DNA of 64,000 nucleotides from positions 248,001 to 312,000 of the forward strand of contig OX597814.1 in assembly GCA_951406725.2 (NCBI GenBank), given 5' to 3'. The DNA comes from Octopus vulgaris. Its lineage: Eukaryota. The notes below the pieces were generated by a model. That model ran no database searches and was not told the DNA's origin. It worked only from the letters and a program-made list of their open reading frames with translations. This document shows, in pieces, positions 1 through 12,544 of this stretch (the stretch's first letter is position 1; each line of letters opens with the position of its first letter). Position numbers and translations under genes: made by a program.

Positions 1-467
1 AGACAATATAGTACCTGTAGTTTAAAACAATTAATCAACTTATAGTCCTGCACAGGTGAGGTTATAACCTGGTTTCACCTCCTTGAAAACAAAAAAAAAC
101 ACCCCCTCATTTCTACAATTTGATATCAGCAACCACTACTTTTCTATATCCTGTATCCTCCTTAACAAAGCTCTCATTCTAGCTAAAAACCTAACTAACC
201 TGACCTCCTTTCAAATAGATGTAATTCTAAATGCCAGAAAGACACTAATTTCTTTCAATGATAAGCTTTGGTGCCAAGCTACCCTCAAAAATAATAAACA
301 GTAACAATTTTTATATAACCATGGGCTCTTCTGACTCTGCTCAGTTCATGGATCTGGTCGGACAATACCTCCTCCAGCAACTCTGCATGTATTTCTCTAA
401 CAACAATTGTTGATTACTACTGGCCAAACGAAATCTGCATTAGAGAAGACTAGAAAACATTTACATA

Positions 468-1346
468 CCATATATACTCGAATAATAATCACTCTCATGT
501 AAAAGTTGCCCCCTCTATTTTTGGCCAAAAAACTGAGAATTTTCCATAGACCCCATATAAAAGTCAACTCTAGTATTTCACAACCAACAGGACAACATTT
601 ATGGGTCAAGGTACCGTATTATCCTGTATGTAGAAATAACACTGTTATAAAATTGTGTGGCTACCTTACTGTAGCTTGCTCTATAGGTGGAATGCTTGGT
701 GCTTATAGTAAATAAGCGAGCTTTATACATCTGTTGATGGGTGCCACATACATCGCCATTACTAAAATGTATGCACAGGATATGCTGCAGCCTGCATACA
801 TCCTCAAGCACAATAAACACATGTGTCATACACTCATGGTTTACATGGTGAGAAATGTGCTTCACAGACAGCACTATTGGCAAACACTGGCAAATGTCAC
901 AGTCTGAATTCAAACAAAGGCATGACAGGTAAGCCTCAAAATAATTCAATTAATCACTAGATCAGTGGTTCCCATTCGACCTTTATATTTTTCTCATTTC
1001 CAAATACAATAATCACATGCGTCATACGCTTGTCTGTTTACATGGTGAGAAATGTGTTTCACAGACAGCACAATCAGTGAACAACAAAAGCTACATGGTC
1101 TTATGGCTTTTGTTATTTACAAGGACGTGTGTTTTGATGCATAGAATTGGTAATATTACTGAAATTCATTGTGTTTTTTGTTTTTATTCACTTAGCGATC
1201 AGTTGTGCTTCTGCTGCTGATACGGTATTTTGGATTCTAGCTTGAATTCCAGCCCCTCAAAAGTAGTATCCAAGAATTAGTCAACCCCATAAATTTGCCC
1301 TTTAAAAATGGTCTAAAAAATTTGACTTTTACACAAGTGTATATGG
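468..1346. mobile_element. Tigger/pogo-like non-autonomous DNA transposon inserted in the PLE
   Basis: Imperfect TIRs CCATATATACTCG... / ...CAAGTGTATATGG after TA; the PLE frame resumes on the far side. Confidence 0.6.
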
Positions 1347-1848
1347 TCGATTATTTACTAATTTTAATTTATTTATCACTTTTGAAAACACAAAACAACT
1401 AATTTTCTAGATGCTACTTTAGATTCAAATTCTTCGCTGTATTCCCCCTGCCATAAACCTAATCAATACCTCAGATACTTTAGCATAGACCCTAATCACC
1501 ATAAATCTATATTTGATAGGGTAACCAAAGGCATATCTATCCTGATATTGGATCTCTCAGCCACAAAGGAAATTTTCAATAGCCACACTACACACTACAA
1601 CCAGGCACTAGCTGCTAGCAGCTTCTCCCAGCAAATTAAACTCCTAGCAACAACTGGGCTTAAAGAAACACATCTCTAAACTCAGTCCCAGGGAGGTTGA
1701 ACACACAAACCCTCCTACTAAAACCTACACTAAAATACTAGAACGACCTCGAGTGAGGCACTCTCGACTGCCCTGCGCTCACCCATGTATAACATTCGAT
1801 CGAAACTCAAATTAATAAACAATAATGAACCTCACAACTTTCCTCTAA

Positions 1849-2323
1849 CAGGGTGTTCAAAAGGTCTCTCCGCAGTCAATTTTTCGAGAGATATTGCTCA
1901 AATATTGTCGATCCATTTATAGGCCAACTCACTGAAAGTGAAATTAATCATTCATACTTCGCGCATCACCAAGAGTTTTTCAGTGAATGGATTACATCGA
2001 AGAGACTTTGGCCACCAAGATCACCTGATTTAACACCGCCAGACTTTTTTTTCTGGGGAGCAAGTAAAGGATCAGAGTACAGGAATCGTCCAAAAACCAT
2101 TAATGAGCTAAAAGAAGCGTCAGACTCTCCAAGATGTATTTCAAAACATGTTTAGAAGAGTCAACTTCTGTATTGAAAATGAAGGACGACATTTTCAACA
2201 CCTCTTATAAAGTTTGTTAAAGTCTTGTAACGACTAATATATTCTTTTGTAGTCTTATGCCATTTTATAAATATTCATTTTGCAATAAAATACTTACTGC
2301 AGAGAGACTTTTTGGATACCCTG
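1849..2323 (+). mobile_element. Internally deleted Tc1/mariner-superfamily element (C-terminal transposase fragment)
   Basis: TIRs CAGGGTGTTCAAAAGGTCTCTC / GAGAGACTTTTTGGATACCCTG-TA; peptide WPPRSPDLTPPDFFFWG. Confidence 0.85.
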
Positions 2324-3359
2324 TATAGATTATACTTCCCCTATTGCCTAATAAAAGTGAGGGAAGAACAATTCTCTGGTTTACACCCCACATTCGCTTT
2401 ATATGTTAAGGGCTTGGCCGAAATTTTTTTCCACAGTAGTAGGCTCTAACTTTCCACATCACCCATAAAACTACTATACAATCTTCAACAGATCTACTCT
2501 GAAATTACCTTACTCCCCCCACCCCACCCCACACCTCAATGTAGAATCTATTGTTACCTCATTCAATAAGAGTAAAAATTTATTCTTACCACCTAAATAT
2601 ATACAATCATAATATAGGTCACTGCAGTGACAACACTAACACCGATCATGATCACATATACCACACCTGTAACTATATACTACACCTGTAATCATTGCAC
2701 TATAACCAGCATAAACCAGGATATGAATGTCCCCAAGTCTGACGAAGGTCAGAGTATGGCTAAAACGACTGTTAATACTAATAGCACTACTACTACTTAT
2801 GCTAATAACACTAATGTGATCATTATTACTAATACTATTATTACTAACAACAACAATAATAATAATAATAATGATGATTTCATTTATTTGCCACAAGGGT
2901 GCAGAATGAGGGGGACAATACAAAGACAGACATAAAGTGTTGGGGTTTACATATAAAGAAATAAGAAAAAGAAGGAAAGAAAGTTATTATATAGGGTTTA
3001 CACTGAAAAAGAAGGGACGTGCATAGCATACAAAGGTTAAAAGAAAGTAAAAGGTGACAGGGAGAGATGTGGTCCTCTTTGTAAAGGAAGGCCTCTGCAG
3101 ATAATCAAGGAACCCCACTGTCCAAGATTTCCCTGAAACCCCAGGAGCAAGTGCCTTCTCCAATTCCTTGTCTCCAACTCAAAGGTTTACACTTAGAAAG
3201 GTACTATACACTCTTGCCATTTTCGAAACTTTCAGGTGCATGTAAAATGCACCATTCAAGTGTGGTCATTGCCAGTGCCACCTGACTAGCCCCCATGCTG
3301 GTGGCACGTAAAAAGCACCATTCGAGCATGAACATTGCTAGTACCGACCTTGTGGAACT

Positions 3360-3800
3360 CAATAAACTCATTCGAGGACAGCACTTGCCTCTCCACCCTC
3401 AATTTCCTTTCCAAGTGACACTTGAAGAAGTCAATGAAAACTCTACCAAAGAGGAATGAATCTGTCCTCATTGCCTTTCAGCCTTGTCCACCAAACAACC
3501 TCTTTTGCCACAGTCAACAGGCAAAGGAAAACTGCCCAATTGAAGGAGGCCAGCAGTGCAATCACCGCTACAGACTCGGCCGACAGATGGATGGATCCAC
3601 CCCACACATGACAGCAGCTGTTCTGCATAACCCCACAAGTCAGCAAAGCCCAGACACAGAAGGAGGGTGTGCAGAATGGTTTTTGTTACTCTGCCTCAGA
3701 CAAGCCCATCTGACAGCACATCCATGCCTGTGGAGTTTATCTTGGACTGGTAGCACCCTCAACCCCCACCAGTAGCACTTCCAGGCCAAGGACATCTGGA
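3360..3800 (-). mobile_element. L1/Tx1-like LINE ORF2 C-terminal fragment
   Basis: Minus-strand AVFLCLLTVAKEVVWWTRLKG and FFKCHLERKLRVERQVLS resemble Tx1-type ORF2 ends. Confidence 0.5.
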
Positions 3801-4330
3801 AGTGCTGCCTGACATAGTCGATGCCAGTGCCACCTTATGTGGTCGATGCCAGTGCTGCCTGACTGGTTCCATGCCAGTAACATGTAAAAAGCACCATTCA
3901 AGCGTGGTCATTGCCAGTGCCACCTGACTGGCTCCCATGCTGGTGGCACATAAAAAGCACCATTCGAGCACGAACATTGCTAGTACCGCCTGACTGGCCC
4001 CCATGTCAGTGGCATGTAAAAAGTACCATTCAAGCATGGTTGTTACCAGTGCCACCTGACTGGCACCCATGCCAGTGGCACGTAAAAAGCACCATTCAAG
4101 CATGGCCGAAACCAGTACCACCTGACTGGCCCTCGTGCCAGTGGAACGCAAAAAGCACCCACTACCCTCTTAAAGTGGTTGGCATTAGGAAGGGCATTCA
4201 GCTGCAGAAACACTGCCAGATCAGATTGGAGTCTGGTGCTGCCTCCATGGCTTGCCAGTCCTCAGTCAAACCATCCAACCCATGCCAGCTTGGAAAGCAG
4301 ACATTAACCAATGATGATGATGATGATGAA
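3800..4330 (+). mobile_element. Abundant repeat family C: RTE-associated 3' end with ~58-bp internal tandem repeats and (TGA)n tail (representative copy)
   Basis: GGAAGGGCATCCAGCTGTAG...CCATGCTAGCATGGAAAGCGGACGTTAAA(TGA)n recurs about 20 times, e.g. 4620-5195+, 6325-6900-, 10440-10822+, 18240-18610-, 22910-23195+, 24170-24720-, 30495-30942+, 34410-34980-, 38005-38458+, 48790-49330-, 53405-53625+, 53722-54190-, 55590-55975-, 56700-57150-. Confidence 0.85.
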
Positions 4331-7269
4331 AAAAATAGCCTACCTATTGGCATTATTCCTTGCAACACTTGATTCAGCCAATCGGTTGTTGGAACCACTG
4401 AAAAGATAATAATTAAGGAAATTAAATTACTGTGACAGGTATGAGTGCAGGTGTTACAGTGTGGTTAAGAAGTTTGCTTCCCCAACCACGGGCTCTTGGG
4501 TTCAATTCTACCATATTGAATCTTGGAAAAGTGACATCTACTGAAGCCCCAGGTCAACCGAACCCTTCTGAGTGGAATTGGTAAACAACTGAAAGATATC
4601 TATTGCATATATATATCGTGGCCCCTACCTGGGACGTAGTCAGTCCACCTGTGCATACCTTCCTTCTTGTGACACTTGTGAAGACCTGTTGAGGCAAGTG
4701 AAAATCAAAATCAAAACAAATCAAAATAGATGAACATCAATGGAATTTGTATCTTTGTGGTACCAGTGCCGGTGGCACACAAGAAAACCATCCGAATGTG
4801 GCCGTAGCCAGTACCGCATCGACTGGCCTCCGTGCTGTGGGCACGTAACAAATCGTGGCCGTTCGCCAGCCTCATCTGGCACCTGTGTCGGTTGCACATA
4901 AAAACACCATCCGAGCATGGCCGTCTGCCAGCCTCATCTGGCACCTGTGTCGGTGGCACATAAAAAACACCATCCGAGCATGGCCGTTCGCCAGCCTCAT
5001 CTGGCACCTGTGTCGGTGGCACATAAAATCACCCACTACACTCACGGAGTGGTTGGCGTTAGGAAGGGCATCCAGCTGTAGAAACACTGCCAGATCTGAC
5101 TGGCCTGGTGCAGCCTTCGGGCTCCCCAGACCCCAGTTGAACCGTCCAACCCATGCTAGCATGGAAAGCGGACGTTAAATGATGATGATGATGATATAAT
5201 ACATCGAGTACAGGACATCACCAAGTGAAAAATACATAAACACATGAGAGATGAGTAGGGGACAAAATATCAAAAGAAGTTTAAACCCCCCTTCGTGGTT
5301 CAGCTAAAATGACTGATAGAATTAATACCAGGTTTTAAAAAAGAGAAAAAAATAAGCATTGGGGCTGAGACATTCGACTAAAACATTCTTCAAGGCAGTG
5401 GTACCCCAGCATGGCCGCAGTCCAATAACTGAAACAAGGATAAGATAAAAGAGAAAAGATAGTCAACAATTCTAGGGAATTCATTGATTTCTTTGAGCCC
5501 CGGCATATACTTTAATGACCCTGGTGGGATGAAAGGTAAAGGGGGCCTCAGCGAGATTTGAACTCAAAAAGTAAAGAGCTGGAAGAAATGCACCACCACC
5601 CCCTTCTCACCACCAGCACCTTATCCAGGGTCATAATGGTTCTGCCAGCTTATCCCCTTTGACCAGGCTCCCTGTCGGTTACTACAACGAGTGTTCCAAG
5701 TGACACAATCTACCAAACAGTCTTCTCTGTTTTCTTTTTTTTCTTTTACTTGTTGCAGTCACTTGACTGCAGCCATGCTGGAGCACTGCCTTTGATTGAA
5801 CAAATCAACCCCAAGAATCAACCTTATTCCCTGTAAGCCTAGTACTTATTCCATTGGTCTCTTTTGCCAAACTGCCAAGTTACAGGAACGTAAACACATC
5901 AACATCGGTTGTCAAGCAATGGTGTGGGGACAGACACACACACAAACATATACATATATATGACGGGCTTCTTTCAGTTTCCGTCTATAAAATCTACTCA
6001 CAAGGCTTTGGAGGCTACAGTAGAGGACACTTGCTCAAGGTGCCCAATGCAGTGGGCCTGAACCTGGAACCATGTGGTTGGAAAGCAAGCTGCTTACCAC
6101 ACAGCCATTCCTGCTCATGAAATTAATGTAAAAGTGGCTGAGAAAGCTACAGACATGCATACCTTTCACTTAGTTCTCAGGGAGGTCGGCCCTTTGAATT
6201 ACAGGTGCTAATTTTTGTCAGCAGAATCGAGAAATACGATTTTACCAAAGCAACATACTTAGCATCCTCCTCTGTGGATCCGAATGTTGGAAAACAACCA
6301 AAAGAATGGAAAAGAAATTAGAAGTCATCATCATCATCATCATCGTTTAACGTCCGTTTTCCATGCTGGCATGGGTTGGGTGGTTTGACTGAGTTCTGGA
6401 GAGCAAGGGTCTGCACCAGGCCCCAATCTGATCTGGCAATGTTTCTACAGCTGGATGCCCTTCCTATAATGACGACCACTCCGAGAGTGTAGTTGGTGTT
6501 TTTTATGTTCCACCAGCACAGGAGCCAGTCAGGCGGCACTTGCATTGACCACGCTTGAACGGTGCTTTTTAGGTGCCACTGGCACAGGAGCCAGTCAGGC
6601 AGCACTTGCATTGACCACGCTTGAACGGTGCTTTTTAGGTGCCACTGGCACAGGAGCCAGTCAGGCAGCACTGGCATTGGCCACTTTCAGATGGTGCTTT
6701 TTATGTACCACTGGCACAGGGAGCCAGTCAGGTGACACTGGTAACAACCCATGCATGAATGGTGCTTATTGTGTATCACCAGCATGAGAGCCAGTCAGGC
6801 GTCACTGGCATCAGCCACATTTAGATGGTACTTTTTACATGCCACCAGCATGGGGAGCCAGTCAGGCGGCACTGGCAACGACCCACGTTCGGATGGTGCT
6901 ATGAATATCAAAATGATTGATTACACATTGTAATAGTTCAATGCCTCTATGTTCTCAGATCAAATCTAACAAAAGCTTTTCACTCCTCCTGGGGTTAATA
7001 TTTCTTTTGAATCAGAAGTTATCTATATGAAATAAAGGCGCATTTATGCAATCGCTTGGTCTGCTAGAAACAACAGAAAAATCACTCCCAAATCCCACCC
7101 CTAATAGCTTAAATAAAGGAGCATGTCTTTGACATTGTAGTCTTTGGAGTACAAAAAGATGAGATAGTCATGGTTGGAATCCCTTTGATCAGAGGTCTGT
7201 TCAATCATGACTAATCTATGACTAAACAACTTTATTCACAATACATCAGTAAAATTACTATGACTGATT

Positions 7270-7695
7270 AAGTGGTGGTGGTGGTGGCAATGATGGTATT
7301 GATGGTGATGTGCTGGTTGTAGTAGTGGTGATAGTGTGGCAGTAGTAACGGTGGTGTAGTGGTGTGGTAGTAATGGTGGTGGTGGTGGTGTACTGGTAGT
7401 GATAGAGGTAGTGATGGTGGTGGTGGTGGTGGTGGTAGCAGTGGTGGTAGAATTGGTGGTAGTAACGGTGGTGTAGTGGTAGTGGTAGTAATGGTGGTGG
7501 TGGTGGTTGTAGTAGTGGTGGTAGCGGTAGTAACGGTGGTGTAATGGTAGTGGTAGTAATGGTGGTGGTGGTGGTTGTAGTAGTGGTGGTAGAATTGGTG
7601 GTAGTAACGGTGTGGTAGTGGTAGTCGTGGTGATGGGTGGTGGTGGTGGTGGTGATGGCATCAGTAGCAGCGGTAGAGGTGGCAGTGGTGGGGAT
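7270..7695. repeat. (GGT/AGT)n low-complexity tract
   Basis: Trinucleotide repeats. Confidence 0.95.
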
Positions 7696-8194
7696 GGGGT
7701 GTGCTAACCAAGCTGTAAATCTATCTTCTGTGTTATTTCAACCGTTTTATAAAGATGTCCACATCTGACCTGGCGGTACTTCAGCTCTTCATTAACAAAC
7801 TGTGCTTAAAAGTACAGCTGACAATATGACCCAGGTGAGAAAATGACAACATAGGTGTTCACAGTGGTGGCCACACGCAATGGCTGTATAGATTTACATG
7901 GAAATAAGCTGTCAATGAAAAGAGGTAAAACAACACCACAGGTAGCATAATAATAATAATCAAAGCCAGGTCCATCTGAGAATGTAAGGAATGGATCAGG
8001 TAACACACAGACTACAATTGTTTCACAACTAAAGTAATGCTGGTTACATAATTTTTGTAATGTACAGAAAACCTGCTTAGCTAATTTTCAGCTTGTATTA
8101 TTTTTTATCTTTTAGCACTTAGACCAGCCATATCCAGCCAAAATATTCTGTTTTATGTTCAAACCAGTCAGATCAGGTCACTTACAAATATCTG

Positions 8195-8480
8195 TGGAGG
8201 CACATGGCCTAGTGGTTAGAGCAGCGGATCGCAGGTTCGAATCTCAGACCAGGCGATATGTGTGTTTATGAGTGAAACACCTAAGCTCCACGCGTCTCCA
8301 GCAGAAGGAAGGTAACGGCAAACTTCTAACTCTTTCACCACAACTTTCTCTCGCTCTTTCCTCCTGCATCTTGCAGCTCACTTGCAACGGACCGGCGTCC
8401 CGTCCAGGTGGGGAACCTATATGCCAAGGAAACTGGGAAACCGGCCCCTAATGAGCCAGGCATGGCTCGAGAAGGAACTT
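8195..8480 (+). mobile_element. tRNA-derived SINE family D, nested in a TTAA-type MITE (about 8110-8624)
   Basis: TGGCCTAGTGGTTAG A box, GGTTCGAATC B box; related heads at about 13180-13370(-) and 36020-36350(+). Confidence 0.65.
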
Positions 8481-8671
8481 ACAACTATCCTACAATGTCA
8501 GTCTAAAAATAAACAATCACAATATATTAATCTCAAAGCTACAAGATAATCCATGATTAATTCGAAACAATGTGAATAAATAAGCATTACTTTTGACTGA
8601 GTAATCTGAATGCTAAAGGGTTAAGCTGTTAACATTGTTGCATAGGATTAATCAAATAATCCACAGCACAT

Positions 8672-8831
8672 AGGCATAGGAGTGGCTGTGTGGTAAGTAG
8701 CTCACTTACTAACCACATGGTTCCGGGTTCAGTCCCACTGCATGGCACCTTGGGCAAGTTTCTATTATAGCCTTAGGCCGATTAAAGACTTGTGAGTGGG
8801 TTTGGTAGGCGGAAACTGAAAGAAGCCTGTC

Positions 8832-8877
<46 letters not shown>

Positions 8878-9092
8878 GTATACATTTGTGTGTCTGTGTT
8901 TGTCCCCCCAACATCACTTGACAGCCAATGCTGGTGTGTTTATGTCCCTGTAACTTAGCAGTTTGGCAAAAGAGACCGACAGAATAAGTACTAGGCTTAC
9001 AAAGAATAAGTCCTGGAGTCGATTTGCTCACCTAAAGGTGGTGCTCCAGCATGGCCACGGTCAAATGACTGAAGCAAGTAAAAGAGTAAAAG
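8672..9092 (+). mobile_element. tRNA-derived SINE family A with internal (TA)n(TG)n (representative copy)
   Basis: A box TGGCTGTGTGG, B box GGTTCAGTCCC, CCTTGGGCAAG core, AAAAGAGT tail; other copies about 5755-6115-, 12080-12472+, 16840-17175-, 22638-22900+, 28582-29232+, 37455-37815-, 45410-45840+. Confidence 0.85.
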
Positions 9093-9200
9093 AACACAAA
9101 TAGCAAGTCAGAAAAAAACAAAAACAAAATCAAATGACCAATGAAAGTGATAGTGAGTGGGTCAGTCACCCTAAAAGGAAACCATGTGGGTGGGTTTATA

Positions 9201-9795
9201 CAGGGTGTTCAAAAAGTCTCTCCACAGTGAATCTTTTGCATCCTGTGCATGTGCAACTTGGCTATCGCTGCGTGGGTGGCTGGGTGTCAGCCATTGACCC
9301 TCAGTCATTGTACACCCTTCAGCATGTTGACAATGCTAACCACTGAAGAACGTACGTTTTTAGTTGAATGGATGTTTTGAGCTGGAAACAAATACACAGA
9401 TACTGTGAAACTTTTCCAAATACTGTTGTTTCACATTGTGACACTATGTGAGGGATTTGATAAGAAAATTTAGAAACACAGGCTCAGTGGAAGACGCAGC
9501 AAGAAGCGGTAGACCTTCTGTTCTTCAGGCGGAACACTCTCCAATATTTCTGATAAACTGTTGGCAAACCCATCACAGTCCTTATGCAGATTGTCACAGG
9601 AAACGGAAATCAGTCTAGGAAGTGCTCACACGGCAGTAAAAAAGTGGAAAATGAAAGACGACACTTTCAATACTTCTTCTAAAGTTTTTTAAAGTCTTGT
9701 AAAGTCTATTATATTCTTTTGTTGTCTTACACCAGCTCATAAATATTTATTTTGCAATAAAATGCAAACTGCGGAGAGACTTTTTGGATACCCTG
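9201..9795 (+). mobile_element. Second deleted copy of the same Tc1/mariner family (N-terminal part retained)
   Basis: Same TIRs, TA on both sides; MLTTEERTFLVEW-like start and GSVEDAARSGRP; shares its 3' end with 1849-2323. Confidence 0.8.
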
Positions 9796-12471
9796 TAGAT
9801 GTGGAAGATGAAGGATGTTAGGTAGAGAGATAGGGAGGCAGGGAGGATTAAAGAATATCAATGACTTGTGGGCACGTGGTATTTTGTTATGCAACCATAA
9901 TATTACTATAAGGTATATCAAATGCTTTTATGAGTCAACACCATGCCCTCCTGTGTTAGCAGTGCTTTGTACATTATTTTGTTGAGGTTATTTCTACAGA
10001 AATTGTAGCCAGTACTGATTTTTTGCTACATTTCACATTGAGATGTCAGATGTAAACAGCTATGCAAGCAATGTGTTCGGGGGCAAGCGTGGGTTAGATG
10101 GAGGCTGATGAAGGGTTCAAACCCCCAAAATATGGCATATACACTCAATACCCATTTTTCTTTCCGATCTCACTGTTTGCTTACATCTGATGTCTCGATA
10201 TGAAACATTGTAGCAGAAATGAGTGCTGGCTAAAATTTCTAGAAAATATTTGTAGAAACAAACTTAACAAAATAAAAAATCAGACAAGGCAAGAATATTC
10301 CTTGCATTTTGGCGTCAGAGAGAGACAGTAGGAGACAAAAACAAACTGATAGTATGTTAAGTGTTGATGATGGTGATGATGAATCTATTGATCTATGTCC
10401 ACCTACAGTCAGGTCTTCCTTTCCATTCTGAAAATTAAGCCTGTTAGCCACTCTGGCAACTAACTGGCAGCATGGAAGCCAGTTAGTTGCCAGAGCGGGT
10501 AACTGGCTTCTGTGCCGGTGGCATGTAAAAGGCACCATTCGAGCATGATCGTTACCAGCGTCGCCTTACTGGCACCTGTGCCGGTGACATGTGTAAAAAG
10601 ATTCGAGTGAGGTTGTTGCCAGTACCGCCTGACTGGCACGTAAAAAGCACCCACCACACTCTCAGGGTGGTTGGCATTAGGAAGGGCATCCAGCTGTAGA
10701 AACTCTGCCAGATCAAGATTGGAGCCTGGTGTAGCTATCTGGTTTGTCAGCCCTCAGTCAAAACCGTCCAACCCATGCTAGCATGGAAAGCTGGCCTTAA
10801 ACGATGACGATGATGATGATGAATTAGTGAAATCTGATTGCAGCATAAACGCAACACAAATGGCAGGAAACACAAGAATATACCCCCAATATTTAAGGAA
10901 GACTTTACCAAAATCTTTTATTCCTTATCAGTTGTATGTTAACTTCATTGGAAATATTCTACAAATAAATCTTATCTTAACCCTTCCCATACCCGTGTCT
11001 GGGGTAGAATTTCTACTGCCATTACCACCATTAATACTTCTGGCTATTCTCAACACAAACAAATCATCTTCTTAACCTTTAACCCGTTCGTCCAACACAT
11101 TTCCCAGATCCTTGTCTTTCTCCTGATTTGCAAACCAACCGATTCAGATAATATACCAGATGTTACCCAAAATACGACATCAATTAGATCACCCGATAAC
11201 GAAATCTGCATACAGAAACTTGTAAGCTGTTTTAAGATAAACGACTAAAATTTGATAGCTGCCAGAAAGCGAACAGATCTTGGTGCCATAAATCATTTGA
11301 AGGAAGCCATTATGGATCAGCAAGAACAATCAATAAACAGAGGTTTGGAATAGGACAGGAGGAAATTTGTCATTATCTAAGCTAAGAAGTATCAAATTCG
11401 TTTGTCTTTGTGGACTAAAATAAAGCATAAGTTAGATTATGTAAGCAGGCTAGGGGCAATTAGGCCAGTAAAACTTTCTTCATAATACGGGGCAAAGTAA
11501 ATGGATAAAGGAATCAAAGGACATTGTAAGAAATTTATTAGTAATAAAGAAAAGCCATGAATGAGAATCTGGTGAAGTTTATGTGCAGAGAATGTGTGAG
11601 AGAGAAAAAGATACATGGTGGGTGTATGTGTGTGTGTGTGTGTGTTGCCTGTCTTGGCTTGGTTTCTTATTTCTTTACTACCCACAAGGGGCTACACACA
11701 GAGGGGACAAACAAGGACAGACAGACGGATTAAGTCGATTACATCGACCCCAGTGCGTAAATGGTACTTATTTCATCGACCCCGAAAGGATGAAAGGCAA
11801 AGTTGACCTCAGCGAAATTTGAACTCAGAATATAGTAGCAGATGAAATACTGCTAAGCATTTTGCCTGGCTTTCTAACGAATCTGCTGGTTCGCCACCTT
11901 TTGGCATGGTTTCCATGGCTGGATGCCCTTCCTAATACCAACCAATTTACAGAATGTGTTGGGTGGTGATTTTACGTGGCATTGGCACAGCCACAATTAT
12001 GTAACATGGGCACAATTGTGTGGTACTGGCATGAGTACGTTTCATGCACACACACACACACGCACACACACACACACATAGGCAGAGCATGGCTGTGTGG
12101 TAAGAAGTTTGCTTCCTAACCACATGGTTCCGGGTTCAGTCCCACTGCATGGCACCTTGGCCAAGTGTCTTTTACTATAGCCTTGAGCCAACCAAAGCCT
12201 TGTGACTGGATTTGATAGACGGAAACTGAAAGAAGCCCATTGTATGCATGTGTGTGTGTATTTGTGTGGGTCTCTTTGATCTCCCCCACCATCACTTGAC
12301 AACCGATGCTGTTGTGTTTACATCCCCTTAACTTAGCGGTTCGGCAGAAGAGACTAATAGAATAAGTACTAGGCTTACAAAGAATAAGTCCTGAGGTCGA
12401 TTTGTTCGACTAAAGGCTGTGCTCCAGTATGGCCACAATCAAATGACTGAAACATGTAAAAGAATAAAAGA

Positions 12472-12544
12472 GTATGGCTAGCTCAGTCGGTAGAGCACAA
12501 GACACTTAATCTCAGGGACATGGGTTCGAGCCCCATGTTGGGCG
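12472..12544 (+). pseudogene. tRNA-Lys(CTT) pseudogene
   Basis: GGCTAGCTCAGTCGGTAGAGCA...CTTAATCTCAGGG...GGGTTCGAGCCCCA.GTTGGGCG matches metazoan tRNA-Lys-CTT. The 5' GCCC is replaced by GTAT (abutting a SINE tail) and the anticodon stem has mismatches. Confidence 0.85.

Larger units (their letters stand above)
83..2775 (+). mobile_element. Decayed Penelope-like retroelement (RT, thumb/linker, HHR-like tail), interrupted by two DNA transposons
   Basis: Translated pieces FDIS..SIS..LLNKAL..NARKTL, TMGSSDSAQFMDLVG, NFLDATLD...KPN...NH...IFN....YNQAL and ILWFTP...IFNRSTLKLPYS resemble PLE RT and linker motifs; degenerate HHR at about 2735-2770. Confidence 0.75.

Noticed and set aside
7236-7661. 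Pro/Thr/His-rich ORF
   Set aside because: Low-complexity (ACC)n tract with no splice or homology support
10900-11580. Non-repetitive, possibly coding-derived segment
   Set aside because: No frame gave a motif I could recognise
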